From Tubiluchus corallicola (lineage: Eukaryota; Animalia; Priapulida), in the NCBI GenBank assembly GCA_030141605.1, contig JAQGDQ010000904.1, forward strand, positions 17,917 to 81,916: DNA of 64,000 bases. The letters are read 5' to 3'. Of the stretch, positions 1 through 14,083 are shown piece by piece. The position numbers and the translations under genes are program-made. Under the pieces are notes generated by a model. It worked only from the letters and a program-made list of their open reading frames with translations, had not been told where the DNA came from and searched no databases. Each line of letters starts with the position of its first letter. The stretch's first letter is position 1.

Positions 1-926
1 TTCCTTAAGCAGCTATTGCTGTGGCAGCGGAATCAGGCAGTGATGTTTTTCCGCCAGAAGAGGTCAGATGACCACGTCATAAAATTTTTGTGATTGACAG
101 TTCCCCTCAGGGCTATACAATGGATGTGAATCAGCAACAAAACTGCTTTTGCTCAAAAGTAGTCTTTATTTTTGCAACTCTGAAAAGGTTGCTGCAGCCT
201 CCAGATGTCCTGCCATGTGTGAGTACGTCTGCGAAACGTTTCCATTCTCAAGAATACAATGCGACAGCTAAAAAAACGACAGGCGTCTGTTCAAATTCTG
301 TAACTGTACATTCTCGTAAAAATGAATATTCACAACAATTTTCTCGTAAAATTGTACTAAACGTGCGCCACGATGAGCAAGAATTTCATCTCGGCTTTAT
401 GTCCCTCATTCCGTTTGATGAACTATTAGTTACAAAAATGAAATGTTTATGTTCAAACACCTGCCCTATATAGGTCTACACTAATGACACACAGAACAGG
501 AGAAAATAATTGAATACGGGCAATAGTAACAGCAAAAGCTCCTCAAAGTGCACTAACTGTTTGACTTATACATATACAGTAAGGAACAATAGAACATTAC
601 AGGCTAACAACCACAATCTACGTTCAAGCTTCGATTTTCGCTGAAAGTGGATGATGGATTTTGGATGTTGTTTACTGGGAATCACTTATACAACTTTTTC
701 GTACAACTGAAACTGTGAATGAACATCATTCTGTGTTCTATTAGTGTGAATGACGGACGTGATTTGAACGAAACATGCTACAACAGGACTGACCTCACGC
801 CGGTAGAAACATTTTGATACCCATTTCATCAAAAATTATGGACACAATCTACACAATTATGGAACCTTCACGTTACAGACGCAGTTCGAATACTAAGCAA
901 GAAATCCACCGAATGCTTTCAGATAT

Positions 927-1782
927 CTATGGCGTCAAAATTTCTTGAAGTGCTTTTGAAATTGCTAAAGACGACTTGATGCATCCGTCGAAATTTGAAT
1001 GAGTGAAGGCATCGCCTCCAATGATCAGTGGAGGGTCCTTGCATAACACATAACACCCTGGCTCCCCCGGAACTCCTTTGTACACCTGAAAGGACAGTAT
1101 TTTAAGTATTGGTTAATGTTTACAATTCCCTACACACAAGAAGCGGATTAGGGTTACGATTAATGCTAGAGTTGGGATTAGGGTTAGGGTTAAGGTAGGG
1201 TTAGTGTTGGGGTTAGGGTATTTAAATTGTGTTCGGAATTGTCAACTCCTTCGTAAGTATTTTACAGCAAAATAATGCCAAACTACGAGTTAGTTAGTCC
1301 TGAGCAGTATAGTGACTGGTTTTTGTCAGTAATGCTTGCAGAATCGCTTTAACATATAACAACGTGAGTCGCATAAGTTCACAAGTGGCTTCACTATCCT
1401 AGTTCCGTCTTGTCTTGCGTGGTTTTTTGGATGTTTTAGTAGTTAATTGTGTTCGTTGGCTTTTGCCACATAAAACAGCTCTTGTTTTCGTCTATTTTCG
1501 TTTTCATTAACCCCTAACTCGTCTGCTTTTCATCAGAGACGTCGTGAGTTCGGTACCGTGGCTAAGTCACGTCGAAGATCTCAAAAACGGTACCTGTTAG
1601 CCCTAGCAACGCGTGGCATTTGGAAAAGAAGCGGGGAGAAAAATCTCTGTTATGTAGGTGTAGCTTGTTATTTGCGGTCGGCGAGAAAAGCTTCATGACA
1701 ATTTAAATCCTATTTTAAATAACGGTTATTATTATTACATTATTATTGTTATTGTTATCGTCATCATCATCGTCATCGTCAG

Positions 1783-1868
<86 letters not shown>

Positions 1869-4800
1869 CTATCTTTATCTTTATCTTTATCTTTATCTTT
1901 ATCTTTATCTTTATCTTTATCTTTATCTTTATCTTTATCTTTATCTTTATCGTTATCGTTATCGTTATCGTTATCGTTATCGTTATCGTTATCGTTATCG
2001 TTACCCTTACCCTTACCATTACCATCACGACTACCATCACCATCACCATCACCACTACCATTACCATTATGTTGTTATTAGTTTTTATTTCAGTTTTCAC
2101 GTTTTTTGTTTCGTATCTTGTTTTCTTTCTTAGCACGTATTAGGGGTGTTCGGTAACGTTATAAAAAACCGATTTCTCAAAAGAGGTAATCCATAGTCCA
2201 AAATTCAGGCTGGAATGCTATCATATGCTTACTTTAGTCTGTACAGTATTATTAATTATTCATCCCAGATTTAATTACTATTGATTTTGAGCTAGCTTTA
2301 GTCGGCTTTTATGACATTAAATTAACGTAATTGTAACACAACGGTAAAACTGAGAAATTATACGGAAATTATACAGCACCTAGTTACGACTTATGAGTTA
2401 CGAAATTTCCGGTTAATTAATTAAGGCAGAAACTTGAAAACGCGCATTTTAATTGCGTTAGCATTCGGTTACATCGATGAAAATGTCTGTTTCCTGCAAA
2501 TAAATTCTGCAGTTGATATTGGCACAAAATCTAATTCACGTGAGGAAAGCCATGGGTCATCAATAACTAGGAGACTTGCAAATTTTGACAACATGCGATT
2601 AAGTCTACTTTTTAAGACAATTACGAATAAGATCTTCTACCTTGAAGGAAATCCAACAGAAATTTTCTGTCGAGATGACAAATGGATATTCAAGTCTTGG
2701 TTAGATTTAAGACAATTTGCTAACGTTACAGCATATCAATTTGATTTATGTCAATAACTACAGATGTTTGTTTGCAATAGCCCTGCTTATGCGGGATTAG
2801 TTTTCAATAACATTACTTACATGCAACAATGATTATCAGTAATTGTCTTCTTTATTCTCTAGTATCAATACATATACTTGAGTTGCGTTACCTTTAATGC
2901 TATGGGTGTTTGTAAAATTATATTTAACTTCCAACCTCAAAGGTTATATTATTTTTCGAAACAGCTGAATCTCGTTTTAAACCATGGGTGAGTTTGCAAT
3001 GCTTTTAATGCTTATCACTAACTTACTCTAGATTATAATTCTCACATTGCGTGTAAATCCTAATTTTTAGCTGCACACAACTGCTAGGCAGTTTTACAAA
3101 TGGGCTTCTTTTCCTCTCGTCCACCATCTTCTTTAGGACGCAAAGTTTCAATTTGCTCAACATTATTTTGCTCAAATGTCCAAGATTTTGTTGAGTTCTA
3201 CCACAGCCTCAGTTTTCATTACAGGTAATTACGTTGTTTTAAATTTATCAATTCAATCGAATATTGTATTAAATCATGCTTATATTGTATTACTTTGCAT
3301 CTGGTATTATTGCATTATTGCCGGGTACTTTGCATATCAGTGTTTTGCACTCCTAGAGTTTTATGGTGTACCTAGGCTGAATTAAATGAATAATTTATGC
3401 TAACTGAGTTTCACAAAGCCTTCACTTCCCTAATGACGTCGTTGTTAATAGTTTAGTGAATGTAACAACGACTTCGTCAGCCTAGTGAGGGTTTTGTGAA
3501 ACAGGTATGGGAAAAAATTTCAGTCTTGTTGCGAATTTAAGTCTATTATTACTCCAACCGAACGCTAGTGAATTTCTAGACTTAAATCGATGTCATCAGC
3601 TTAAATTGTGTATACATGGTCACTTTCGGAGGGTTGGGGAGGGTAGGGGCAGTGGAAGAATAGCCAAGCGACGTGCCTCATGTGCAAAGGGTCGTCAATA
3701 AATATCATGGGGCATTTTTTCGTCTACTTCTTCTATATGCTGGATATTTTTTATAAAATTGATGTAAATGGTGCTTTAATAAACGCCTAGCAGTGTTATG
3801 GAAACCATAACTTACCTGCGAATATTTCCATCTGTGCAATTTAATTGACTTAGGAACTGGCAGGTCTGGCAACAGCTTCTTCACATGCGACAAGATGATA
3901 TCAGATACTTCATCTTTTAGAGCATCTAAATGATCAAGGCCAAACTTCACGCTAGTATGCACTACCACAGACAATGGACAAGCATTATCTGAAAAAAATC
4001 AATTGTTTTTCAAAGTAAAATTCTTCTTTATTGATTATTTAGTTTACTATGTATGAATAAAACATAAATTATTAAGTATTAAATGGCCTGACAGAATATC
4101 CTGTGATGATCCACTGATGTGATCAAGAAGAATCCTTGGAATGAACAAATACAAGTAAGAAGATTGCTTTGGATTGAGCATGCAATAAGACACCTCAAGA
4201 ATCTTCTCTTCCTATAGCATTCAGTAAAACTCTTGAAATGACAAAAAGCCAAGAGGAGGTCAGCTATTGATCTGTGTAGATATACTGCAAAAAGATTTAG
4301 CAAATACAACTCTAGATTTGAGGGATGATGCATCGAGAGCAGTGGTAGTGGACAGGAATGCGTGGCATCAACAGGTGGGACGTGCCATGTTTTAGAACGT
4401 AGCAGCACATAGATGACGACAAATAAAATAAGCAGAGTTAAAGGCTTATACAAGCCAAACAAACATTAAAGTTTTTTAACGAATTATTATGATTACACAA
4501 AGAATTCATAGTTATTATTAAACAAAAGAGAGTTACAAATTAACTTACCTTTCTCTGGCGAATTTCGTACGCGTGTATTGCCCTAAAGGTCAAGAACGAC
4601 GACGCACGAGGTCAAAGAGCGTCTTTGATTATCAATGTTTGTTTAACGATCTCATGACTGCATTCATTACGTCATTCATCTCGCGCAACGGAAAATGGCG
4701 GTTCTTCAAACTTAATACCGCTAACATCGAAATGATAAAAAATCAAAAGAAACAAGTTTCATAGTAAGTTTACAATAAAATAAATTGAATATTTGTGATG

Positions 4801-7800
4801 AGACTACGACTTTAAGTTGTAAAAGCTTATATTATAGTGAGGTTTAATTTGACTTTAAGTCAGATTTCAAAAATGGCATGAAGGTAATTTACCTTGTCGA
4901 CGTATGTTGTCCATAGATATAAATCTAATACAAGGATCATTGTATATATAAGATGCAGTCCACGGTACAGTGACATTTATCTCTGAGGAAAAAAATAAAA
5001 CCAAACAATATCTGCTGGAATATTCGACAGCTTCCAATGTTTCTAACTGGCTTTCAATAATATCTGAAATTAAATGAGAAGAAGTTTACTTTAAGTTCAT
5101 TTGATGTTCATTTTATTATAACAGTCATCAACGGAATAACTATTATAATTATGAATTAATAAATATAATAGCATTACTGTAATTGATCGAAATCAATTAT
5201 TTTATTTATGCAATCCTCCTAATGGTAGAGACGATTTCATATGATAGGTTTAAGCTGTAATAGCACACGCAGTGCTGCATATTGTGAAAGAGATACTCCT
5301 TTTCGTATTTGCATATGCTTTGCGAAAAAAGTTAAACAACACTGGGCCTAGTTAGTAAGCGGAGGTATGGTCGACTGCAAAGTATGGTAAAAGTCAATAC
5401 GTGATTTAATTCCGTCCAGTTTTAGAACTTGTGGAACTGGCATGGTCAGAATAACAGACTGGAAAGTATCCTCGTGTCCAGACTTTGTAGTTACTTGCCA
5501 CACATGACCTGCCTTTACTAAACCCTTTATGTCGTAATCATACATCACCTGAGCGCCTGAAAAATGAATCTTCACATTATTAAAGGTTTCTCCGTGTCTA
5601 AAAGGCCATTTTTACGAAATTATAGCTTTACATACAGTTACTATTAGACTTTCACTGAGTTGAGGACTATGAGTGTTCATGGTATGAAATGTAGTCTGAG
5701 ATATGCATCAAAAAGACTGCCAGGTATAGGTAATTTAAAACGCGGACATTATTAGGTCGGGTATGGTAGATCATCCTCAATTGGGCCACTGACGACATGT
5801 CTTATCGATCGATTTCACTAGAAAGAGAGAAACAGAAACACACTCTATGCTCTTCCTGTTGTTCACGTATGTTGATCGCAGATCTACTAAATTCTATATT
5901 TTGTAAGCTTGCTATATTGCTGATGATGCTACTCTTTCAGTCTCTTTGTACAGCACTTACAACAATACCCGATTTGAAGTGTTTTGTAATCTTGCGCAGT
6001 AATCTATTTCATTTATATTGTACTGCAGGGCTGTGATGAGATGAAGTGTAATACTGGCATGGGATACAGTAGACTTCTCAGGTGTGCGTGTGAACGTGGC
6101 TTTATCTAGCACATAGACTCCTATTCTGACCTTGTGTTAGTAAAGGCCACTTGTCACGTGCACACCTGAGCTTATAAAAAGGGTAGGTCTGCTGTAGTTC
6201 CTTGTCAGTGGTCGTGTCTTTCATCGCAGTTCTGTTCACATTTCACAGGCTTTGTCGCAAACTCCGTTCTTTTAGGTAAGCTATTTGTAATATTTTGTAA
6301 TAAATTGTCATTTCGACTCTATTATTCGGGTTTTGTTTTGGTTTGGCGTTGAGTGACTTAATTGAGACATGCCGCACGGTGCAGGCCGCGGTGCCATCCG
6401 TCCTGCCTCCGTTAAAAACGGACAGCAGTCCAATATCATTTATTCGTACTCTTATACGGAACAATAAATATAAAAAACTCTTGAACCACATGAACAGACT
6501 TTAACCGCCAGTAATGCAATCCGAAAATAATGGCAAAATTCTGTATCCTTGCAAAAGCTCGGATTTAGCAAATAGTCTGCCGGCATGCAAATAAGCATTG
6601 AAATCACGTTTTCTTATTCAAACCAACAAATAACCATCAGAGTTTTCTATTTTTACAGAAACGGAATGGAGAAGAGTTGCAACAGAAAACAAATGAAAAA
6701 ATATTAGCAAATCAAATTTTCGTATTCTTATTTTATTTTAACTTAATTTTCTGCTTGATTGCTTTGTGTCACATCAAGTTTATTTTTGCAACGACTAGAC
6801 ATTTTGTGGTTGCACGAGAATCAAAGAACCAGTGAAACGAACAAGAATTATCGTAGAGCAATCGGTACATAATATAATAAATATATACGTGATATAATAA
6901 ATATAAACTAAAATCGTGAACAAGGACATGCTACATAATTACATAGGTAAATCATCATTTAGAGACAGCTGCAGACAGTGAAAAAAGAGAAAAATTATCA
7001 ATTCATTCAGCAAACAGAATTAAAATGCAACTTAACAAGCAGAAAAGGCACTATTAGAAAGTTCGTGCTTTGTTGATTATTGGTGGGGTGGCTTTAGTAA
7101 TTGAGCGCCTAGTAGTTGGCGAACAACATATTAATTTGAAGAATGAAAGTCATTGAAAGAGCTGTGATATCCAAGTCATGACTTTTTAGATGACATATCA
7201 ACTTTGAATGTCGTCAAAAATAACAGGAAGTCTAAATAAAAAATAGTTGTGCATAAATTGGTACACAAAAATTGTAAATAATTCATATGCACCTCACACA
7301 AAATGTACTTAACTGAAAAACGCATGTCCAGAAGATAAATTTAGTCAAGAATTTCTATAAGGTGTCCAACCTCCATATATGCCGGCACTGTAGAATGATT
7401 ATTTTGTACAGTACAAATTAACAAATTACACTCAAAAAATGATAAGTAATTACGTAGTGAAAGATATGATAACTGCTGTTAGTGCCTCAGTTCTCTAAGT
7501 TTATTAGTCTCATAATCAAACGATGAAATCAGATGCGAATCTATCACAGTTTAACTTTAATTTTTTTGTGATGCTATATTAGCAGAAATGCTTATGGTAC
7601 CAGAAAAAAGTATTAGTAATCTAGACTGTGTATATCTGCAACGAACTCTGTAATCAAGCAAGCAACTCTACGTTGGAATTCTCCACCATTACACGTTAAA
7701 CAAATCAGGTCCCTATCAGCATTTAAAACAAAATTAAAATCATTAATATTAAACAAATATGGAATACCATCACACTAGCACGACCACATACACACTAGTT

Positions 7801-10800
7801 CAGAATTTACATATCCACGGCCATATTAATTAAATCATAATTTTTTTGCGAATAGTTGTAAACGTTTTATTTTTATTCGTCGTTACTTTCCATTACTACA
7901 CAGTAGTTTAGATTGCACTGACGCATTTGTTTTTTAGCAGTGTAAGTTTTTAGTAACTAACACTGATTGATCATCTCTGCAAAGTTTTTATTCAGTGATT
8001 ATCAATGTATTTTAATGGCAAATAAAGATTATTATATACATGTGGTTTAATTTCACTTTTTGTATTTTGGAGATGTTGGTCCATTACTGGGACTAGTGCT
8101 GTAACACTGTATGAAGGCTATGCTTTTTGGGTACGTGTACTTGAATGGATGTGTGGGTGGATGTGTACGTATGCATATGCATATATACATGTATATGTGT
8201 TAATTATGACAATATAAAATTTTTTCTGCTTACAGATATGTATTCTGATTGATGTAACTTTTCCCTATATGATTATTTTGTTGATTTCTTATATATGTTT
8301 TTATCTGTCTGTATTGATACATATTGCTATTGTAATTTAAAAATATTTTTTGTTTTTATCATTTTTACCTTTACTATTGCCTCATTAACCTACTTATTAT
8401 GTTGTTTTTTTATTTTGTTGAATTCAACGTTTATTCGTTGTTTTTTTTCGTTGTTGTCAATTTATAAGAATTCAAATTAAAAACTAAGTTACTTAAATAC
8501 GTACTATCACATAGTACTATGAGTGAGGGTGGATGCTCGTAGGGTCTTTCTCCACCCCGTCTCTTTCTTTAACTACTACTTTGTCACTAACACTTGCTGT
8601 ATATTGTTTGTTTTTGTATGAGACAAATATAAATAAATGCAGTTCAATTCAACTTAGATTGCCTGCCCTCACGAGACCACACAGCTAGTGACAGAAGCAA
8701 TACTAATTCTACGATCCTTAAGTGCATTTATTTGCATCTAGAGGATGGAGAGTAGAGACAAATATCTTTTGTCTCTAGGTAACTATGTGTTGTCCTTAAG
8801 GACTGGGGTATAAGCAAAAGCTAAAATATAGTCTACTAGAAGTTTCCGCACTCTTCTGAGAGAAAGAGTAGAGTTTACTGACCTAAAAAGGATATTAATC
8901 CCTAACGGCCAAGAATCTTAATCATCACCAGATCTTCCTCTTCCCTTTTCCTTCCTTGTCCGTTAATTCCTGGAGTTACCGATAAACAGTAAACGTCAAT
9001 ATTAACCACGTTACGATATGAGACATTAAGCAAGGTGTTTAGCGACTATTGGAAAGTTTACGCTCTCTTGAATCGTCGGGAATTATGACGAGCATTTTGA
9101 AAATTCTTTTCCTAGCGATGATAATAAAAAGTCAAGCAGCGCCACCAGCTTGGAAGTCGTGGAAAGGTGCGATTTAATTTTTTAATTAAATACATTAGTA
9201 TTCATTTAGAATGACTGACTTTTACGACTGTTTCTTCTTTAATTTTGTCCCAATTTTTACTTGTACTCATTTTACAGTAATTTACACAGTTTCGAAATTT
9301 TGTTTTCAACGATTAAATAAAAGGTATTTAGCTAACTAGGTACTGGTCACTTGTTTTTAATACTTAATTAAAAATAGCAAAACCAAACTCTATCAAAAAA
9401 CGTGGCAAGTTGTCTACGCCTCATCACCGCTACAATAAATATATAGACTAAAACCTCCCTTAATTCCATCTCTTAATTAGATGTTGATGATGACTTCGAT
9501 GTAGACAACACTGCTTTCCGTTATGAGATTCTTCACCCAAGATTTGAGAATACTGATCTGGACGAAGTGAAGGAAGAATTGGACGAACTTGAAACCAGAG
9601 TGGAAATTCTAGAAAACAATGATCACGAGCAGCGTATTGGTGACTTAGAGGAAGCTGTGAGGAAATTAAATAATTATGTATCACACACACACACACACAC
9701 ACGCATAAACAGGGAGAAACTTTGGGGCCTTTTCTGTTTAAAATTTATCGTATTAATTATTTGTGGCAACATTTGATATGGTTGTAATGTCACTTGCGCA
9801 CACAAGATAATCACACTTTGGCTGGCTTACAAAGTTAGTACTTCCAGAAAGCATAGGTTCCTTATTTACAAAATTTAAATTACTTAGAAGAGTTTGCGCC
9901 TTCGGACTTACGTATACCGATTTGTCAGTTGCAACATTTCGTGATAAAGTACTTGGATTACAAACGGTTCAGACTATACAAAGATGCTGTTGTATTCTGA
10001 AAAAGACCCTCCAACCATCCAACCTAGCCAATCAATTAATCTGCTAGCCAGAACTCAAAATTACTTGACCAACTGACCAGTCAACCGGTCAGCTGACTAA
10101 CTGACTCACCAACTAAGCCAGCTTGCCTGTTGCCTGGAAGTTAGCAAACCGAGTGACGAAATGTGCTCTATGACAACAAAACATCACAGCTGCACCATCT
10201 TGTAAGCAATCAGATAGAATTCAAAAACTGTCTTCTTTCCACTTACAACTAAATTTTTTATTTTAGGCAGGTGTCATCTCAGATTTTGTCGTGGACTTAG
10301 ACGCAGAGGTGGGAGAAATAAAAAATGCACTGAACGAAGAAGCGGCAGAGAAGAACACAGAAGAGAAAGAAACCGAATTGGAGGGAGAAACCTGGGAAAC
10401 ACAGTCACCAAATGGAAAAACAGAAAGTAACGATGAAGAGGAGGATGAGGAAGAAGATGAATTAGGTTCCGGAAATGTCTGTGAACCTTTTGACAAAGTA
10501 GGGGACTACCATATATTGGTAAGTTCGCAATTTAAAATAAGTATATAGGCATTAGATATCAAAGTCAACATTCGCACGTCATCGATTTTGCTAAGTACCT
10601 CGTGAATTCAGAATGTGCCGTAAGCGAAGGGAAACAAGCACATGCATATGAGTGTCATTAGATGCACTCTAATATGGTAAAGTATTAGGAAAGTCCTACA
10701 GTTCTGCCTGGCTAAAATGCAAGATACATCTTTGCAGTATAAGAGTTATGCAAGACCTCTATGCACGGCACTTCTAAATAGCCACAGTATAATAGTTAAA

Positions 10801-13800
10801 CCATTTTTGATAAGTTAATAGTTATTTGATACGGTGAAGCGTGCCTGGCGTCGCTGGTTGGCGACCATTCGTTAAAATGCTATGCTGTGTTGAAGCAGTT
10901 TAGCTATTGCATCAGTGTAATAAAAAATTTACCGCAGTAAGAACGTTAAATTGAAACATTTGGTTTACAATCTGTGAACGCTGTTTTGTGTTCAATTGAG
11001 GCGTGTATCTAATTTTGGACAAAAATCCCATAGGCTGCCTCTTTGTTGCATATATACAGCTTTATACTACGTTTGCCTGCACCACTGCAACGGCATACCA
11101 CTCAGACACAAGACATATAGTAACACAGCATATAAATTATAATGTAATTATCTGACCCTGCCAAAGAACTGCGCGTACTTTAAGATTTTTTCCTTTTATC
11201 AGGTAGTAGATGACGACGATGATACCTGGGCTGATGCATATTTTGCATGTGCAGACCGGGGAGGTAAACTTCTGACACTGGAGACAGACGAAAAACAGTT
11301 AGTCATGACAAGCCACCTGTACCATAACTATCCTGCTTGGATGAGGTAAGAACGTAGCTTATTAATAGTCAACTGTGTGAAGGCCAGCAAGGGATACCTA
11401 ACTGATATACCCCGTTTCATACAATCGCACGTTTCAATACTGGTTCTAAGACACATAGAAATATATTAATGTAGTTTATACTGCATTTCATTAAGATGTG
11501 CAATGTGCAATGTGCATTAATACATTTCCTATATATGTAAGAATTTTTCTATTACTTTCAAATCTATTTTGCATCAACTTCTGCCTGACGATGACTTGAA
11601 CAAAGCCAAAGCGTAGCTAGTATGATATTATGAAATACAATTACATTTTAGTAGATCATTAGTGCCGATTTTCTTATGATATTCCCCTTTTTAAAGCAAA
11701 TGTATTCGCACATTAGTATTGGTGCAGCATAATTTAAAGGACAGAGCAAGTCACTTAACATGTTGGGTTTATTTTACTGTTATCACTTAAACTTAGAAAT
11801 TAAAAAAAACTAACTGTAAGGCATAGAGTTAATTTATATTACCGCTGTATGTTCTCAGGGCGGTGGAAGCCGCCATTCACTTGAAGATCATGACGTATAA
11901 CTGATGGATTTCGTGACTTTTCATAAGCGCTTCGCAAGCCTACACAAATTCAAACTTCTACGGCTTATCTATTGCTCTTGCAAAAAGATAACAAAATTAG
12001 ATGACTAATTTTTTCATTAAAATTTATTACACATTTTGACGGTGTGACAGAGCGCTGCTTTTCTTCAGTCGAATAAGGACATCATAGGTAAAAAAGCGGG
12101 CATTCAAAATGGGGCGCATGAAATGATCGCGACTTTAAAGTAATTATAGTAACTACACGAGACGCTTATCACAATTTTATTACCAAATCCTTCTAACATT
12201 TTTCGCGAACATTGAAATACGACTAACTATACCAAGAAGGGTTGACATTTTTTTAGGTATTTCTGTGGGCACGCTGGGCTAAATGTTCCCCACAATTAGA
12301 CCAATTGAAATGTAAACATGTAAGAAGTTCCTGTACAAATTAACCCAAACACTGTATTTGAAATTTAGATTTTGGGTTGGTGGATATCAAGATGGGCGTA
12401 ACGGAACTTGGTTTTGGCGGCAAGAGGATTTCAACGCTGTTAAAATCGAGACAAGCTGGTGGCAAACTGGAGAACCTAGCGACCATGGAGAAAACTGCAT
12501 GGAAATAGCGCAGGAAAAGAGATACCTATGGAATGATTTGGATTGTGGTTTCCTGTTAAACTACATCTGTGAATGCACGCCACCTTCAGAATTTACTGAA
12601 TATTAATGCTTTTCATTATTTACTGTAAATGATACTTAAATTATAACAATTACAGTCGCTTTGTAAACATCAACAAAAATAAAACTATTGAAAATGGCAT
12701 AAAATGACAAATACAACAAATTAATATAACGAGTTATTGATAAGTTGATTTTAGTCGATGTTTATAATTCTAATATCAGTTGTTGGTTTGGTTCATATCC
12801 AGTAGAACTCTATAACTATACTTATTATATTCTAGTATTACTCTATTACTATAACTTTAGCAAGCCTGAAGCGTAAGTTTATATCCTTTGGAGGATATCT
12901 TTTAAAGATTTTTTTCACGGCGCTTTTGAGAAAAGTATCTGAATAGTTTTTCTACATTTTTCTCAATGGCTTTCAATATAATTTACATTTCAGACAACCA
13001 TCTTTTTTGATTACTTTATTTTTAATATCACGGCCGTACCTGATTTATCAAGATAATGTCTTGCTAAAGAACTGAAACCTCGTGGGGCAACATAGTTTTC
13101 CACAATTTCATCACTGCGATCTTTAGCACCTTCCACGCGTCCTTTTAGAGGAGTTAAGATGCCGCAAGACAACAGTTCTGCATAGTATCTGCATTGTATA
13201 ATAAAAAGGTTTAAAAATTGTTACAGTCTGTAGTGTATTATAATGATTCAGATAAATTATTATTAACGCCAGTTACAACAACAACCTTAACAGCAAAAGG
13301 TTATAAGTTCATGAACTTTTACAAATTCAAACAATAGCATATAAAGGTATCCTTTAATTCGTAAGTGCCGTAAATAAAACATCTTTTATGTTTAAGTAGA
13401 TCGTAGTGGAAACATCGTAGCTAACGACCTAAGTGCGTTATTTAAATGAATACTACAAGTTTAGAGTAGCGTACTTTTAATGCGGCACAAAAACCAAACA
13501 AAATTCATAAAAGATTTATATCCTGACAATAAAGGCTAGTATTAATGTAATGTTATCATTGTAATGTTAGCAAAAAACAGAATTGTCTAAAGAGTCTCAA
13601 TTGAACTGTTTTCACTGCATTCACTTAAACCTATCATGTCGTGAGAACATATTGTCAACATAAATAAGGAAATGAATTCCTAATCAAATCCAGGTATTAT
13701 TGCTAAGACTATCACGTTTTTTTTGGCAGAATTAAAATTTGCTCTTAAAAAATAAACAACATGCTAATAGCAAAGTAATTAACCTACTGTTTATGAGAAG

Positions 13801-14038
13801 CGTAATACTTTGACATGGCGCTGATATACTGTGCACCTATATCAGCTAAAGACCCTTCAGAGCTTCTAGTAGTACTCATGCGTCCCCCTAAATTAAACAA
13901 TAAAGTCTTACTTGCGTCAATTTGCACGTTAGGCTAGTTTGCGTACCATTTATACTACCAGCCTCCTCCTCCTCGTCGTCATTATCATCGTCATAGTCAT
14001 CGTCGTCATCATTATCAGTATCAGTATCATCATCATCG

Positions 14039-14083
<45 letters not shown>

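Noticed and set aside
90-473. 127-aa ORF at the window start
   Set aside because: GTG start and no recognisable motif; the other frames I checked are interrupted by stops.
1735-2136. Poly-S/SL and poly-M/IK ORFs
   Set aside because: Translations of a microsatellite.
4079-4462. 127-aa ORF with a hydrophobic N-terminus in renalase intron 5
   Set aside because: TTG start, no family motif, and not needed for the renalase frame.
11583-11615. ctgacga...aaa resembling a Penelope-type minimal hammerhead ribozyme
   Set aside because: The GAAA core is broken (gccaaa) and the stems do not pair convincingly.
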